64,000 bases of DNA from an uncultured delta proteobacterium (GTDB lineage Bacteria; Desulfobacterota; Binatia; UBA9968). The position numbers and the translations under genes are program-made. Where the stretch lies: contig CAVUZH010000004.1 in NCBI GenBank assembly GCA_963745835.1, positions 32,001 to 96,000 on the forward strand. Direction: 5' to 3'. The notes below the pieces were generated by a model. That model searched no databases, had not been told where the DNA came from, and worked only from the letters and a program-made list of their open reading frames with translations. Each line of letters opens with the position of its first letter. The stretch's first letter is position 1. Positions 34,656 to 44,150 of the stretch are shown in pieces.

Positions 34656-34937
34656 ACAAACTTCAGCAAACAGTTCTAGTCTGTTATTCCCCTATCGCCG
34701 ACCAACGCTCTAGCAGTAATCCCGTCGCGAGCCTCATAGATCGCTGCAGAACACCAGGAGTTGCTACTTAATAGCTCGACACACCACAAGATCATCCCCG
34801 AGCGCCTCCTTTACAATGCTGACTGTATTCCCTGCCGACCTGTAAGAGCTTGCCATGATAAAGATTACCAAAAAAAGAAAGCAGTTGACAATAAATGCCA
34901 AGCTACGCCAATATGCCCGTTTAGAACGGAGGCGCTT

Positions 34938-35966
34938 ATGAAAAGACCTGCGCTATTTGGAACGCTCTTTAGCAGCCTTGTATCGGTTTTAGCTTTAGTC
35001 GGTGTCAGCTACGGCGCCACCGTTGCCTACAAGTTCACTACTCGAGACATACCGCTGCAATTTGAATTTTTAGGCGAGGCTGAAGAAGATATTGTTCGGT
35101 TCACAGACATCAATAAAAATGGAGAACTAATCGGAAACAATTTTGCCGGCGATGGATTCTTGCTAAATCGGAAGCACACAGTGATTGAGATCCGTTGTCC
35201 CGGTGATCAAAACGACAATCACAGCACCGTTGTTTCTGGCATAAACAACGTCGGACAAGTAGTTGGTTCGTGTACCGACGGGGCTTTCGTGCGCGATAGG
35301 AGCGGCAATATCACCGTGCTTAATTTTCCGGGCGCGGAGGGCACGGTCGCTTCCGGAATAAACGACCTGGGCCATGTCGTAGGTCAATACTGGGGAACTC
35401 TTTTCGGGCAGGCCTTACAAAGATTTCATGGCTTTATCTGGAAGAACGGAGAGTACATTACAATCGATGCCGCCTTTCCTAACGCGATGTTCACATCTTT
35501 ATCAGGCATCAACAATGCCGGGCAGATCATCGGCACGTACTTACATCAGCGGCCCGGAAGCAGCGACCCCAACGATTATGACAGCGAATTGGCGTTCGTT
35601 TATGATAACGGCAGCTTCACTTCGTTGGATTTCCCGGGTGCCACCGCACCGTTCGTATGTTGTGGAGCAACGACGCTGCCGATGGACATCAACAATGCCG
35701 GGCAAATACTTGGGTCCACCTACGATAGTGACGGGAACTTACGGTTCTTTCTTTATGATGACGGAAAGTACTTTGTTATTACTGGCCTGCCTGAGGAAGT
35801 TGCGGACTTCGGCAGCGCATGGGGATTAAACGATCGGAGCGAAATAGCCGGAACCTACATCCTTAGAGTGCCTTGCGAAACCTGCGGTTTTGCGGGTGAA
35901 CGGGGTCATAGGTTTGACTTGCACGGTTTCGTCGCCGAGCCCAAGCGATACTCAGAAGAAAAATAA
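34938..35966 (+). CDS. Secreted repeat protein (HAF-like extracellular repeats, probable beta-propeller)
   Basis: Signal peptide; six repeats of (S/D)GIN(N/D)xGxxxG, several preceded by DFPGA-like motifs; GGAGG ribosome-binding site. Confidence 0.75.
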   Translation: MKRPALFGTLFSSLVSVLALVGVSYGATVAYKFTTRDIPLQFEFLGEAEEDIVRFTDINKNGELIGNNFAGDGFLLNRKHTVIEIRCPGDQNDNHSTVVSGINNVGQVVGSCTDGAFVRDRSGNITVLNFPGAEGTVASGINDLGHVVGQYWGTLFGQALQRFHGFIWKNGEYITIDAAFPNAMFTSLSGINNAGQIIGTYLHQRPGSSDPNDYDSELAFVYDNGSFTSLDFPGATAPFVCCGATTLPMDINNAGQILGSTYDSDGNLRFFLYDDGKYFVITGLPEEVADFGSAWGLNDRSEIAGTYILRVPCETCGFAGERGHRFDLHGFVAEPKRYSEEK

Positions 35967-36342
35967 ATAGGGAATTCGCAAGAAGATGGAAAGAAAGCAT
36001 TCGTTAAATTTTTAGAGCGATTACAAATGTCGCTCATCATCGCGGCATCTTTAATTCTACGCCATACACGAGAACTCTTTAGAAACTTTCGTCGGCCTCA
36101 CCAACTACCTCGATTATTGTATATCAGCACTGTGGCGAATTTTATTCCATTATGCCGGCGAGGATTTCTGGCGGTTATTGCTACGGTCGTCGCGTGCTAT
36201 ATGAACGAGCCTACTTTTCCTGTGGGCGGTTAGCAGTGTCAACGATTAGACACAGGAATTTGTCTCCACGTTGATCGGGCTGCCGGTCATCCGAAAGCGC
36301 GCGCCTATCTAGGCTATCAGCAAAACAGGTATTCACAACCAA

Positions 36343-36374
36343 GTGCAGGGCGGACTCGGTCGTCCACCCTGCAC
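36343..36374 (-). terminator. Hairpin after 36397..36846
   Basis: Inverted repeat GTGCAGGGCGGAC/GTCCACCCTGCAC. Confidence 0.65.
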
Positions 36375-36396
36375 ACATTAATTCAGTTTGAACTAT

Positions 36397-36846
36397 TTAA
36401 CGCCGTGACGACGCTTCTCTGCCTGAAGGCTCGCGCGTCCACGTAGTTCCATTCTCCCACTCGATTCTGTCGCGTCGAACGTTGCCTCGTAGACCACGTT
36501 CCCAATCGCTGGCGTATACATCGCCATCCCGACTAATTTCCAACCGGCTGGAGTCACCCCTCTCATTCCTAGCCTCGAGCCCATCTCGAGAAGAAATGAT
36601 TTGGGCACGCTTGTCGCGGTCCCCATTTAAGTACCAGGTGCCCTCCAACTCGCGCCGATCATCTCTCGAGATTGCTGTAGTACCATTGATTATTCCATCC
36701 CACCAGTTGCCGCGACGGTCATCTCGCCGATCGTCTCTGCGATCGTAACGGCGATCATCTCTTCTATCGTCCTGCGCGCTGGCAATTGGGATGTTCATCA
36801 ATGCTGCAATCAAACTTGCCGACCATAGTACGTTTATCTTTTTCAT
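36397..36846 (-). CDS. Secreted hypothetical protein, paralog A (RDDRR repeats plus conserved ~75-aa domain)
   Basis: AGGAGG ribosome-binding site; signal peptide ending ASA; domain LEGTWYLNG...WENGTTWTREPS shared with 37082..37459. Confidence 0.8.
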   Translation of the reverse strand: MKKINVLWSASLIAALMNIPIASAQDDRRDDRRYDRRDDRRDDRRGNWWDGIINGTTAISRDDRRELEGTWYLNGDRDKRAQIISSRDGLEARNERGDSSRLEISRDGDVYASDWERGLRGNVRRDRIEWENGTTWTREPSGREASSRR

Positions 36847-36873
36847 AATTTTTTCCTCCTGCCCCGTTAATTT

Positions 36874-36889
36874 CGCAACCACCATGCCA
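36874..36889 (-). promoter_or_regulatory. Sigma54-type (-24/-12) promoter
   Basis: TGGCATGGTGGTTGCG (GG-N10-GC), about 28 nt upstream of the ATG at 36846. Confidence 0.7.
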
Positions 36890-37026
36890 CGCTCAAAAAA
36901 CTCGCCTCCTCACGCCAAATATTCGTTTTTTATGTGCCGTCCGCGGGACGAATCGAGGACGCGTGAACCGGCACAGGCACACTTACCTATAGTGCGCGGG
37001 GTTGAACGAAATTTAGAGCTCAAAAC

Positions 37027-37067
37027 GAAAAGAGCCGTCTCGCATTAAATCGAGACGGCCCTTTTTC
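37027..37067 (-). terminator. Intrinsic terminator between the two paralogs
   Basis: Stem GCCGTCTCG/CGAGACGGC flanked by A and T runs. Confidence 0.75.
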
Positions 37068-37081
37068 ACAGAACAATCAAG

Positions 37082-37459
37082 TTAACGCCGCTTAGCAGTC
37101 CGGTAGCTGGGTTCGCGGGTCCACGTGGTGCCGTTTTCCCATTCAATGCGATCGCGTCGAACGTCCCCGCGCAGGCCACCCTGCCAATCCCGAGCGTAAA
37201 CGTCGCCACTCCGGCTAATTTCTAAACGCGTAGTTTGACCCCTTTCGTTCCTGGCTATGAGCCCGCGGCGCGATGCGTTTATTTCGGTTTTCCTAGATTG
37301 CTCGCCGTTTAGATACCATGTGCCTTCCAATTGCTGCGGAGCATTCCTGTTATGTCCCCACGAAGACCAACCGTAACCCTGTGCTAGAACGGTGCTCGGA
37401 CTGTTCATGACTCCGATCGCTAGAGCTAAGAGCAATCCAATTAAAGTAGCCTTATTCAT
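37082..37459 (-). CDS. Secreted hypothetical protein, paralog B
   Basis: Signal peptide; LEGTWYLNG, ARNERG, RLEISRSGDVYARDW, GLRGDVRRDRIEWENGTTWTREPS. Confidence 0.8.
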   Translation of the reverse strand: MNKATLIGLLLALAIGVMNSPSTVLAQGYGWSSWGHNRNAPQQLEGTWYLNGEQSRKTEINASRRGLIARNERGQTTRLEISRSGDVYARDWQGGLRGDVRRDRIEWENGTTWTREPSYRTAKRR

Positions 37460-37535
37460 GCTTGAACCCTCCTACTGTTAGCTGCCAAATACTTCTCCCT
37501 AAGTAATCTCAACCATTTCACAACCGATCTGCTCA

Positions 37536-37564
37536 TTAGACGGTTTACCTTTCCGTTAGTTTAC
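37536..37564 (-). promoter_or_regulatory. ECF sigma-type promoter upstream of paralog B
   Basis: GTAAAC-N16-CGTCTAA; same AAC-N16-CGTCTAA layout as at 39302..39330. Confidence 0.7.
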
Positions 37565-37794
37565 AGCCGTCTTGAGCGCGGTTTGGCATCGGTCGGGTAA
37601 ATAGCTCGCAACAAAAAAATGAAAGTCCGCAAAGCAGTAGGGTCGATCTTCTCAGACTACAAAGTCAACAGGCATCGAATGGTATGATGGCGGTTTACAC
37701 CGGCGCAATTATCGCGCGCCAGCAAATTGATTCGCTACGGGGTTTTTAAGAACGTTCAGCTCCTATTGTTGTGGTGAGGTGCGGCGATGAAGCT

Positions 37795-38067
37795 TTACCT
37801 GTTGTCGCGACGCTGCCGTTGCTCTTCATAGCGCTGCTTGAGCCTATCCCGGCGATCCTGCGGTAGACGCTGCCAGCGATCCCACTCCTCACGCAAGTGC
37901 TCCTTGTCTTGAGGCGGGAGATTCTGCCATCGCTGGTAGTTCCGTAAGACTTTATCTTTTTCTTTGGGGCTTAAGTTGCGCCAGTTATCGCCGCTATTAG
38001 CTGCCCAGCCTGTCAGTGGCGACAGCAACAATGCGGAAAAAAATATTGAAACAAGCACGCGTTTCAT
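37795..38067 (-). CDS. DUF3106-like periplasmic helical repeat protein
   Basis: Signal peptide; repeats WRNLSP, WQNLPP, WQRLPQ; follows the anti-sigma gene. Confidence 0.8.
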   Translation of the reverse strand: MKRVLVSIFFSALLLSPLTGWAANSGDNWRNLSPKEKDKVLRNYQRWQNLPPQDKEHLREEWDRWQRLPQDRRDRLKQRYEEQRQRRDNR

Positions 38068-38126
38068 CGATGATAAGCTCTCTAATAATTCTTATTAATC
38101 TAATAATTCATGGGCCGAACCTCGCC

Positions 38127-38648
38127 TCAAGCGGCATGGGCCTCGGCTTTGCTGGTTTCCAGCCCTTCAAGACCGCTCAAGGCTTCCAGCATGTCGAGCG
38201 ATCTAAAGAACTCCAACTGTTCGGTGTCGGTCACTATTTCCTTGGGAATTCTTTCTTGCGGTTGGTTGTACAGCGAACTTAGACTTCCCTTGCTTAGAAC
38301 CACGCCGAAAGCCAGAGCGGCAATAACCGCCGTGCCAAACGCCGGAATCATCCACGTACGCATGGGTACAAAAAGGTTGCGCCAGTAGAATTTTTGCTCG
38401 CGCTGATGCCTTAACTTGGCGATGGTCTCCCGATAATAATCATCCCAGAACGACTGCGGAGGCTCTTCGGGCGGGGCCATCTGCGGCAGCAATAGATGTA
38501 AGTCTTCAATAAAGCGGCTGCAGCCGCCGCAATCGCCGAGATGCTGTTCGAGCCGGCGCTTTTCCTCATCAGCGATTTCGCCGTAGTAGTAGAGCACCAA
38601 ATCCTCTTCCAGCTCTTTGCACATGGTTTCCAACTTTTTCGCAGCCAT
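38127..38648 (-). CDS. Zinc-finger (zf-HC2/ZAS) membrane anti-sigma factor
   Basis: HLGDCGGC (HxxxCxxC), one transmembrane helix, short acidic C-terminus. Confidence 0.87.
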   Translation of the reverse strand: MAAKKLETMCKELEEDLVLYYYGEIADEEKRRLEQHLGDCGGCSRFIEDLHLLLPQMAPPEEPPQSFWDDYYRETIAKLRHQREQKFYWRNLFVPMRTWMIPAFGTAVIAALAFGVVLSKGSLSSLYNQPQERIPKEIVTDTEQLEFFRSLDMLEALSGLEGLETSKAEAHAA

Positions 38649-38662
38649 TATCGTTATTCTCC

Positions 38663-39211
38663 CTAAACAAACTCAACCAGGCACTGGCGCAGCGCCGTTA
38701 CCGCGCGATGCAAGTAAACTCGAACGGTCCCTTCGGTAGTCTTCATGACTTTGGCAATATCTGCGATGGGCAGGCCTTCATGGTTTCGCAAGATAAAAGC
38801 CGTGCGCTGTTTGTTAGGCATGGCATCCAAAGTCTTGTCCACACGCCGCTTGGTCTCGCCGGCAATTGCTTCCTGATCCGGACCGGACGTATTATCCGTT
38901 AGCTCCTTCCTCTCCCGTTCGTCATCCCGTTCGTTTTCGAGCCGTTCCCAAACGACCTTCCCCTTTCGGCGCATGTGATCCAAACAGAGATTGACGACCA
39001 AACGATAGAACCAAGTGTAAAAACTCGAGCGGCCGTCGAATTGCTTTATCCGTGAGAAGGCTCGCAAAAAAGCCTCCTGGGAGAGATCTTTGGCCTCCTC
39101 CGTATCTCGTGTAAAATCCAGGGCGATCCGGAAGGCTTTCTCCATATAACGACGGACAAGTATCTCAAAGAACTTTCCCTCGCCCTGCTGACACAATGCC
39201 ACAAGCTCCAT
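38663..39211 (-). CDS. ECF RNA polymerase sigma factor
   Basis: Region 2 DLSQEAFLRAF...FYTWFYRLVVNLCLD; region 4 IAKVMKTTEGTVRVYLHRA. Start uncertain because the frame is open upstream. Confidence 0.93.
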   Translation of the reverse strand: MELVALCQQGEGKFFEILVRRYMEKAFRIALDFTRDTEEAKDLSQEAFLRAFSRIKQFDGRSSFYTWFYRLVVNLCLDHMRRKGKVVWERLENERDDERERKELTDNTSGPDQEAIAGETKRRVDKTLDAMPNKQRTAFILRNHEGLPIADIAKVMKTTEGTVRVYLHRAVTALRQCLVEFV

Positions 39212-39301
39212 ATCGGGAAGATCTTCCGGCGACCGATTTCCAGGCGTTGCGTGAATTGATTTGCCCTGCCTCTGCTCGTGTTCTAAGGGTCCCTAGAGGC
39301 T

Positions 39302-39330
39302 TTAGACGTTCAGCCGTAAAAAAGGTTAAC
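39302..39330 (-). promoter_or_regulatory. Putative autoregulatory ECF promoter
   Basis: GTTAAC-N16-CGTCTAA upstream of the ECF gene. Confidence 0.7.
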
Positions 39331-39555
39331 CGCGCTACCAGCGGCTAAAACCAGCGAGGCAAAAGGACTGGAGGATTGGTCAGTACAGTCGCAATCGGGT
39401 GCTCGTGGGGAACTGCGCGCTAACCCAGAAAAACCAGAAATTGTCGATCAATAGCGGGCGCCTACGGCCGGTTGTTTAGCGCCAAGGCGCATGACCCAGG
39501 GACTCGGAGTTGTACAATCAGTATCAAAAGCGCGCCGGCGCTAACTTCGAGTACG

Positions 39556-40218
39556 CTAGTGCTCCGGCTCCTCACCGATGCCGACAATCCTGATACTGCC
39601 ATGCTTCGATTTGTATTTCCGATTGAGAGAGATGATGACGCCGGTTAGCCCCTCGATGACATAGGCGTTGGTCCCGGGACCGCCGTCGAACGCGCGCGCG
39701 CCGATACGTCGGATAATTTCCATCACTTTCTCCTTGGCATCAGCTTTGTCGCCGCAGACCAACACATCGCCGAGCGGTGAATCCACATCGGCCAAATCGA
39801 CGGCCGATATGTTATGAAGCGCGCCGATCACCGGCGCCTCGTCACCGAGAATCTGCTGCGCCTCCTGCAATGCCGAACCGGCTGCCGGCACAAACGGTTT
39901 ACCCTTGTTTAATGGCACGACCGTATCGATGATGATCTTTCCGGCTACCTGTCCTTTGATGTCCTGGACCATTTGAGCATGGCCTTCATAAGGCACGGCG
40001 ATGACGACATAGTCGGCGCCGCGAATCGAATCCTGATTAGTCATGCCTACCATTTCGCCGGCGCGAAGAGTCGGCCTTAAAGTTTCCACCGCTTTCTTGG
40101 CTTTTTCCGCATCGCGCGAACCGATAATGATTCTCACTCCGGGCGCCCCCAAACGAAGCGCCAGCGCGCCGCCTAAATTTCCCGTCCCACCAACAATTGC
40201 CACGCTAAGGTTTTCCAT
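39556..40218 (-). CDS. npdG: NADPH-dependent F420 reductase (Fno)
   Basis: GGTGNLGGALALRL, IGSRDAEKA, DTVVPL, ALHNISA, IEGLT; lies in the cof cluster. Confidence 0.9.
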   Translation of the reverse strand: MENLSVAIVGGTGNLGGALALRLGAPGVRIIIGSRDAEKAKKAVETLRPTLRAGEMVGMTNQDSIRGADYVVIAVPYEGHAQMVQDIKGQVAGKIIIDTVVPLNKGKPFVPAAGSALQEAQQILGDEAPVIGALHNISAVDLADVDSPLGDVLVCGDKADAKEKVMEIIRRIGARAFDGGPGTNAYVIEGLTGVIISLNRKYKSKHGSIRIVGIGEEPEH

Positions 40219-40228
40219 GTTCTTGATT

Positions 40229-40978
40229 CTACCGGAAAAGATCCTCCGTTTTAGGACGCAGGAGATCCTTCACCGATCCTTCCTCCTTCTCAATGTCACA
40301 GCCGCGCACGACCACGACCGGCAATGCCTCTTTTTTTCTCATCACCAGCTCAGCCGCGGACGCAATTTCGTCGGCAATCGCCGTTACCGCCGCCCTGAGT
40401 TCGTAGCCGTAACGATCCTTTGTTCCACGTTCGTCCTTGATCGGCTTGAGCCCAGCAATCCCCACTGCCACATCAACCGTGCCCAACCGCCATGGACGGC
40501 CAAAACTGTCGCTAATGATAATCGCTGGAGATACGCCAACTAGCTGTTTGATTTCAGCGCGGATCTTCCGAGCCGAGCCGTCGGGATCTTTCGGCAACAG
40601 CGCGGCTTTTCCCAAACCTACGTTGGAGCAGTCCACGCCTGCGTTAGCACAGACAAAACCGTGATGGGTTTCGACGATCATCGCCCGACCCCCTTGGCGC
40701 ACAATCCGCTGGCTTTCAGACAGAATCAATTCAACCAAGGCAGGATCTTTGTCGAGCTCCCGACCCAATTCCCGCGCATTATCCGACACCAGAACTCCGT
40801 CGAGTGGGAGCAACCTGCCTTCCGACTTGGAGACAATTTTTTGCGCGATGACGAGAACATCATCGGGTTCGAGCACAACACGATTGCGTGAGCAGGCATC
40901 AACAATCAGCTTTCCAATCGGATCACCGGCGCCGACCTCGTCAATTCCAGCCAACCCAAAGATCTCTACTCGCTTCAT
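40229..40978 (-). CDS. cofE: Coenzyme F420-0:L-glutamate ligase
   Basis: AQKIVSKSEGR, CANAGVDCSN, SDSFGRPWRLG, ADEIASAAELV. Confidence 0.95.
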   Translation of the reverse strand: MKRVEIFGLAGIDEVGAGDPIGKLIVDACSRNRVVLEPDDVLVIAQKIVSKSEGRLLPLDGVLVSDNARELGRELDKDPALVELILSESQRIVRQGGRAMIVETHHGFVCANAGVDCSNVGLGKAALLPKDPDGSARKIRAEIKQLVGVSPAIIISDSFGRPWRLGTVDVAVGIAGLKPIKDERGTKDRYGYELRAAVTAIADEIASAAELVMRKKEALPVVVVRGCDIEKEEGSVKDLLRPKTEDLFR

Positions 40979-41664
40979 GCTTCTCCAACGCGCCGGCTCG
41001 GTTGTGACCGTTGGTCTGCGGCAAATCGCCGCAGCGTTTTGAACGTTGCGCTGCCATCGCGCGAAATGGCCAGATACTTTTCCAAATCCTCGGGCTCGTC
41101 GATATCCAAGGCTATGCGCTCATTCTCGAAGCAACGAACCGGCAAGTCTTGCGCTGAGACTTGGCCTATATGGTACCTAAAACTGTCGTAGCCGAAGCGC
41201 AATTTGATGATATCAGGCGGGGCTAGAAGCAACGCATTGGTCCCAAGTCGATCGTGAGAAGGAACCAACAACGCAAACGGCGCGATCTGGCCGTCTGGAA
41301 CTTGCGCGAGAACTGATTCGATATCGCCGCTGCGAACCAGCGGCAGGTCGCCGGGAATGATCATTACCGCTTCGCCCCCGGCGTCCTTCAAGCTAGTACG
41401 GGCAAAATCGACGGCGGCAGTTTCGCCGGTTTCCGCGTTCTCAAGGATAACCCTTGCGCCCAAGGATTCGGCAATCGCCGCGACTTTGTCATCACCCGTC
41501 ACCACCACGGTCTCTTCTAGCCCCCGCGCCCGTAGCACTTGGCTCAGCACATCGCGAAACATCGCTTCGGCAAGAGCTTCACGCTCCGCGCTGTCAAGAA
41601 ACGCGCTCAGACGCTGCTTGGCATTACGAAACCCTTTGACCGGGATAAGTGCGGTTACTTTCAT
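40975..41664 (-). CDS. cofC: 2-phospho-L-lactate/PEP guanylyltransferase
   Basis: IPVKGFRNAKQRLS, GDLPL, GTNALL, FGYDSF, DIDEPEDL. Confidence 0.94.
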   Translation of the reverse strand: MKVTALIPVKGFRNAKQRLSAFLDSAEREALAEAMFRDVLSQVLRARGLEETVVVTGDDKVAAIAESLGARVILENAETGETAAVDFARTSLKDAGGEAVMIIPGDLPLVRSGDIESVLAQVPDGQIAPFALLVPSHDRLGTNALLLAPPDIIKLRFGYDSFRYHIGQVSAQDLPVRCFENERIALDIDEPEDLEKYLAISRDGSATFKTLRRFAADQRSQPSRRVGEA

Positions 41665-41695
41665 TCATCACCGGAAAATTTTCTTAGCACTATTT

Positions 41696-42616
41696 TTATA
41701 GCAAGGCCAAGACTTGGCGTGCCAACCGCTGCTTGTCGGCCAGGCTGTTCATCCGGATATTTGCCGAAAACGGGTCGACCCCCAGTTTCTTAATATCGTT
41801 CTGAAGGTAATGGTCTTCCCTATCGATCATTAAAACATCCAGAAGATCGGCATAGCCTTTGGCCACACCGCTTACTGAAGGCTCCAGATCGTTAACTGTC
41901 ATCAGCGTATGGGCCGGACCGCTGACTGCCGATCGCGCGATAATTGGACTGACACCGACGATTTTGCCGCGAGCTTCTCTCAAGGCCTGGCGAATCCCCG
42001 GCACGGCAAGAATCGGCCCAATGCTTGTGACCGGATTGCTCGGACAAATAACGATCCCGGCAGCGTTGCCAATGGCTTGAAGCACGCGCGGCGCCGGTTT
42101 GCTTTCATCAATGCCGGCGAAGAACACCCGTTTGACTTCCGGCGCCCAGTGCTCGCGCACAAAATATTCTTGGAACGATAGTTCTCCACCCGTCGTGACG
42201 ATTCGGGTTTCCACCCGATCGTCCGACATCGGCAGAATCTCCGACTTGACGTCGAGTGCAATGCGAATCCGCCGTGTCACGTCAGATAAGGGAACCCCTT
42301 GTCGCAAAAGATCGGTGCGCAGGATATGCGTTGCCAAATCTTTATCGCCGAGGTTAAACCACACTTCCTCGCCCAATCGCCGCAGCTGTTCTAAAGCCAC
42401 AAAGCTTTCGCCAGCCAGACCCCAACCTTTTTCTTCGTCGTTGAAACCGCCAAGCGTATAGACAATCGTATCGATATCCGGGGAAACATGCAGTCCATGA
42501 AAGATCGCATCGTCCGCGGTATTGCAGATGACCGTCAGATCAGCCGGGTCGATCTCCGCCGCGAGGCCTTGAACGAGTTTGGCGCCGCCGGTACCGCCGG
42601 TTAAAGCTAAGATCAT
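41696..42616 (-). CDS. cofD: 2-phospho-L-lactate transferase
   Basis: LTGGTGGAKL, PDIDT, WFNLGDKDLATH, FQEYFV, PSNPVTSIGPIL. Confidence 0.95.
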   Translation of the reverse strand: MILALTGGTGGAKLVQGLAAEIDPADLTVICNTADDAIFHGLHVSPDIDTIVYTLGGFNDEEKGWGLAGESFVALEQLRRLGEEVWFNLGDKDLATHILRTDLLRQGVPLSDVTRRIRIALDVKSEILPMSDDRVETRIVTTGGELSFQEYFVREHWAPEVKRVFFAGIDESKPAPRVLQAIGNAAGIVICPSNPVTSIGPILAVPGIRQALREARGKIVGVSPIIARSAVSGPAHTLMTVNDLEPSVSGVAKGYADLLDVLMIDREDHYLQNDIKKLGVDPFSANIRMNSLADKQRLARQVLALL

Positions 42617-42636
42617 GGCTAAACGGGTCACGACGG

Positions 42637-43839
42637 CTAGACGTCGAGCGGCTGAGTCTCCGGTTTTTTGCCCAGTGGACCATTGTTCTTTACCAGCCCG
42701 TCCTCGCCGCATAGTTGGTCGACATAGGGCAGAATACTTGGGGATAGGAATCTATCGGCTTGATGAATGTATTCAGGGTAAATAGGTAATCGCGCCCGCA
42801 GCTCGAATCCCGCCGAGGCGCTCTTTTCGCATAGTCGATGTAGAGCCGGCCATGGCGCTTCAGGATTGATAAAGTCCGGCGTCAACGGCGATACGCCGCC
42901 CCAGTCATTGATGCCAGCTTCCAGGTAATGCTCATAACCGTCGGGTGTTAAATTGGGCGGCGCTTGGATATTCATGCGGCCGCCGAATATCAAACGCGCC
43001 AAGGCGATGGTTTTAACCATGTCTCCCGGCGCGGGCTCCGGATGAAGGCGCATCGGGATGGTCGGTTTGGCGCGAAAATTTTGAATAATCACCTCTTGGA
43101 TATGGCCGTAACGCTCATGCAGCGCGCGGATCGCAAAAAGCGCATCGATTCGTTCCGGCCAACTCTCGCCGATGCCGATCAGAATACCCGTGGTAAAAGG
43201 AATGCGAAGCTTGCCGGCCTGCTCGAGAGTGCGTAAACGAACCTTGGGCTTTTTGTCCGGCGCATTATCGTGGGCGCCGCCGCTCAACAACAAGCGCTCG
43301 CTGGTGCTCTCAAGCATCAACCCCATACTGGCATTCACCAGTTTCAAGCGGTGCAAATCGCCCCTGCCCATTACCCCAGGATTGGCGTGTGGCAACAACT
43401 CGGTTTCTTCAAGCACCGTTCGGCAGGCTTCAAAGAGATAATCCAAAGTGCGTTGGAACCCTCGTTCGGCTAAGAAGACCTTCATCTGCGGATAAATCGC
43501 TTCAGGTTTGTCGCCCAAACTGAAAAGCACTTCAGTGCAGCCAAGCAATCTTCCATGGCGCGCCACGCGAACCACTTCCTCGAGGGTCATTGTTTTGGCG
43601 CCGGCTTCCTCCGGCGCTTTGCGAAAGGTGCAGTAACCGCAGAAGTCACGGCACAGATTCGTCAGGGGGACAAATACTTTCGGCGAAAAAGTGACGACTC
43701 TACCTTTGTGCACGTCGCGAAGCTGCGCAGCGGTGGCAAGCAATTCGTGCAATTCGTCTGCTTCGACGTTGTAAAGGGCAAGCGCCTCGGATCGCTCGAG
43801 CAATTTTCCCTGAAGACACTCTTTCAGCGCTTGCTGCAT
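42637..43839 (-). CDS. cofG: FO synthase subunit CofG (radical SAM)
   Basis: PLTNLCRDFCGYCTF, LLPHANPG, SMGLMLE, IQAPPNL, GINDWGGVSPLTPD. Confidence 0.95.
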   Translation of the reverse strand: MQQALKECLQGKLLERSEALALYNVEADELHELLATAAQLRDVHKGRVVTFSPKVFVPLTNLCRDFCGYCTFRKAPEEAGAKTMTLEEVVRVARHGRLLGCTEVLFSLGDKPEAIYPQMKVFLAERGFQRTLDYLFEACRTVLEETELLPHANPGVMGRGDLHRLKLVNASMGLMLESTSERLLLSGGAHDNAPDKKPKVRLRTLEQAGKLRIPFTTGILIGIGESWPERIDALFAIRALHERYGHIQEVIIQNFRAKPTIPMRLHPEPAPGDMVKTIALARLIFGGRMNIQAPPNLTPDGYEHYLEAGINDWGGVSPLTPDFINPEAPWPALHRLCEKSASAGFELRARLPIYPEYIHQADRFLSPSILPYVDQLCGEDGLVKNNGPLGKKPETQPLDV

Positions 43840-44150
43840 CAGCCTGTTGCATATCGGATCGGCATAGTTGGGTCAACTGCAACATCAATCGTGAAATCAT
43901 CTGTCCCGCCAAAATGATCAGCGGGTAACGGCCACACATTTTCGAGGTCGTATGGAAATCAAGGACGGCGCTAAACGCAATCAATGGGAGCTCTAATTGT
44001 TCGCTTGAGCAAAGCTATTCTGAATGATACGAGTCTGGCTGGATTAAGCATCGGAATTCGCCAATAAACGCCGGCACAGTTCGCCAGTCCTGTTGCCGAA
44101 CCGCAGTCGTGAAGATAAACCATCAGAAAAATGGACAGGGGGAACGGGTC

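Noticed and set aside
36700-36775. CRISPR-like or DNA-level tandem repeat
   Set aside because: It is a degenerate coding repeat (RDDRR) with synonymous variation and no spacers or cas genes.
34570-37800. Prophage or integrative element at tRNA-Leu
   Set aside because: No integrase, transposase, phage genes or duplicated tRNA 3' end was seen.
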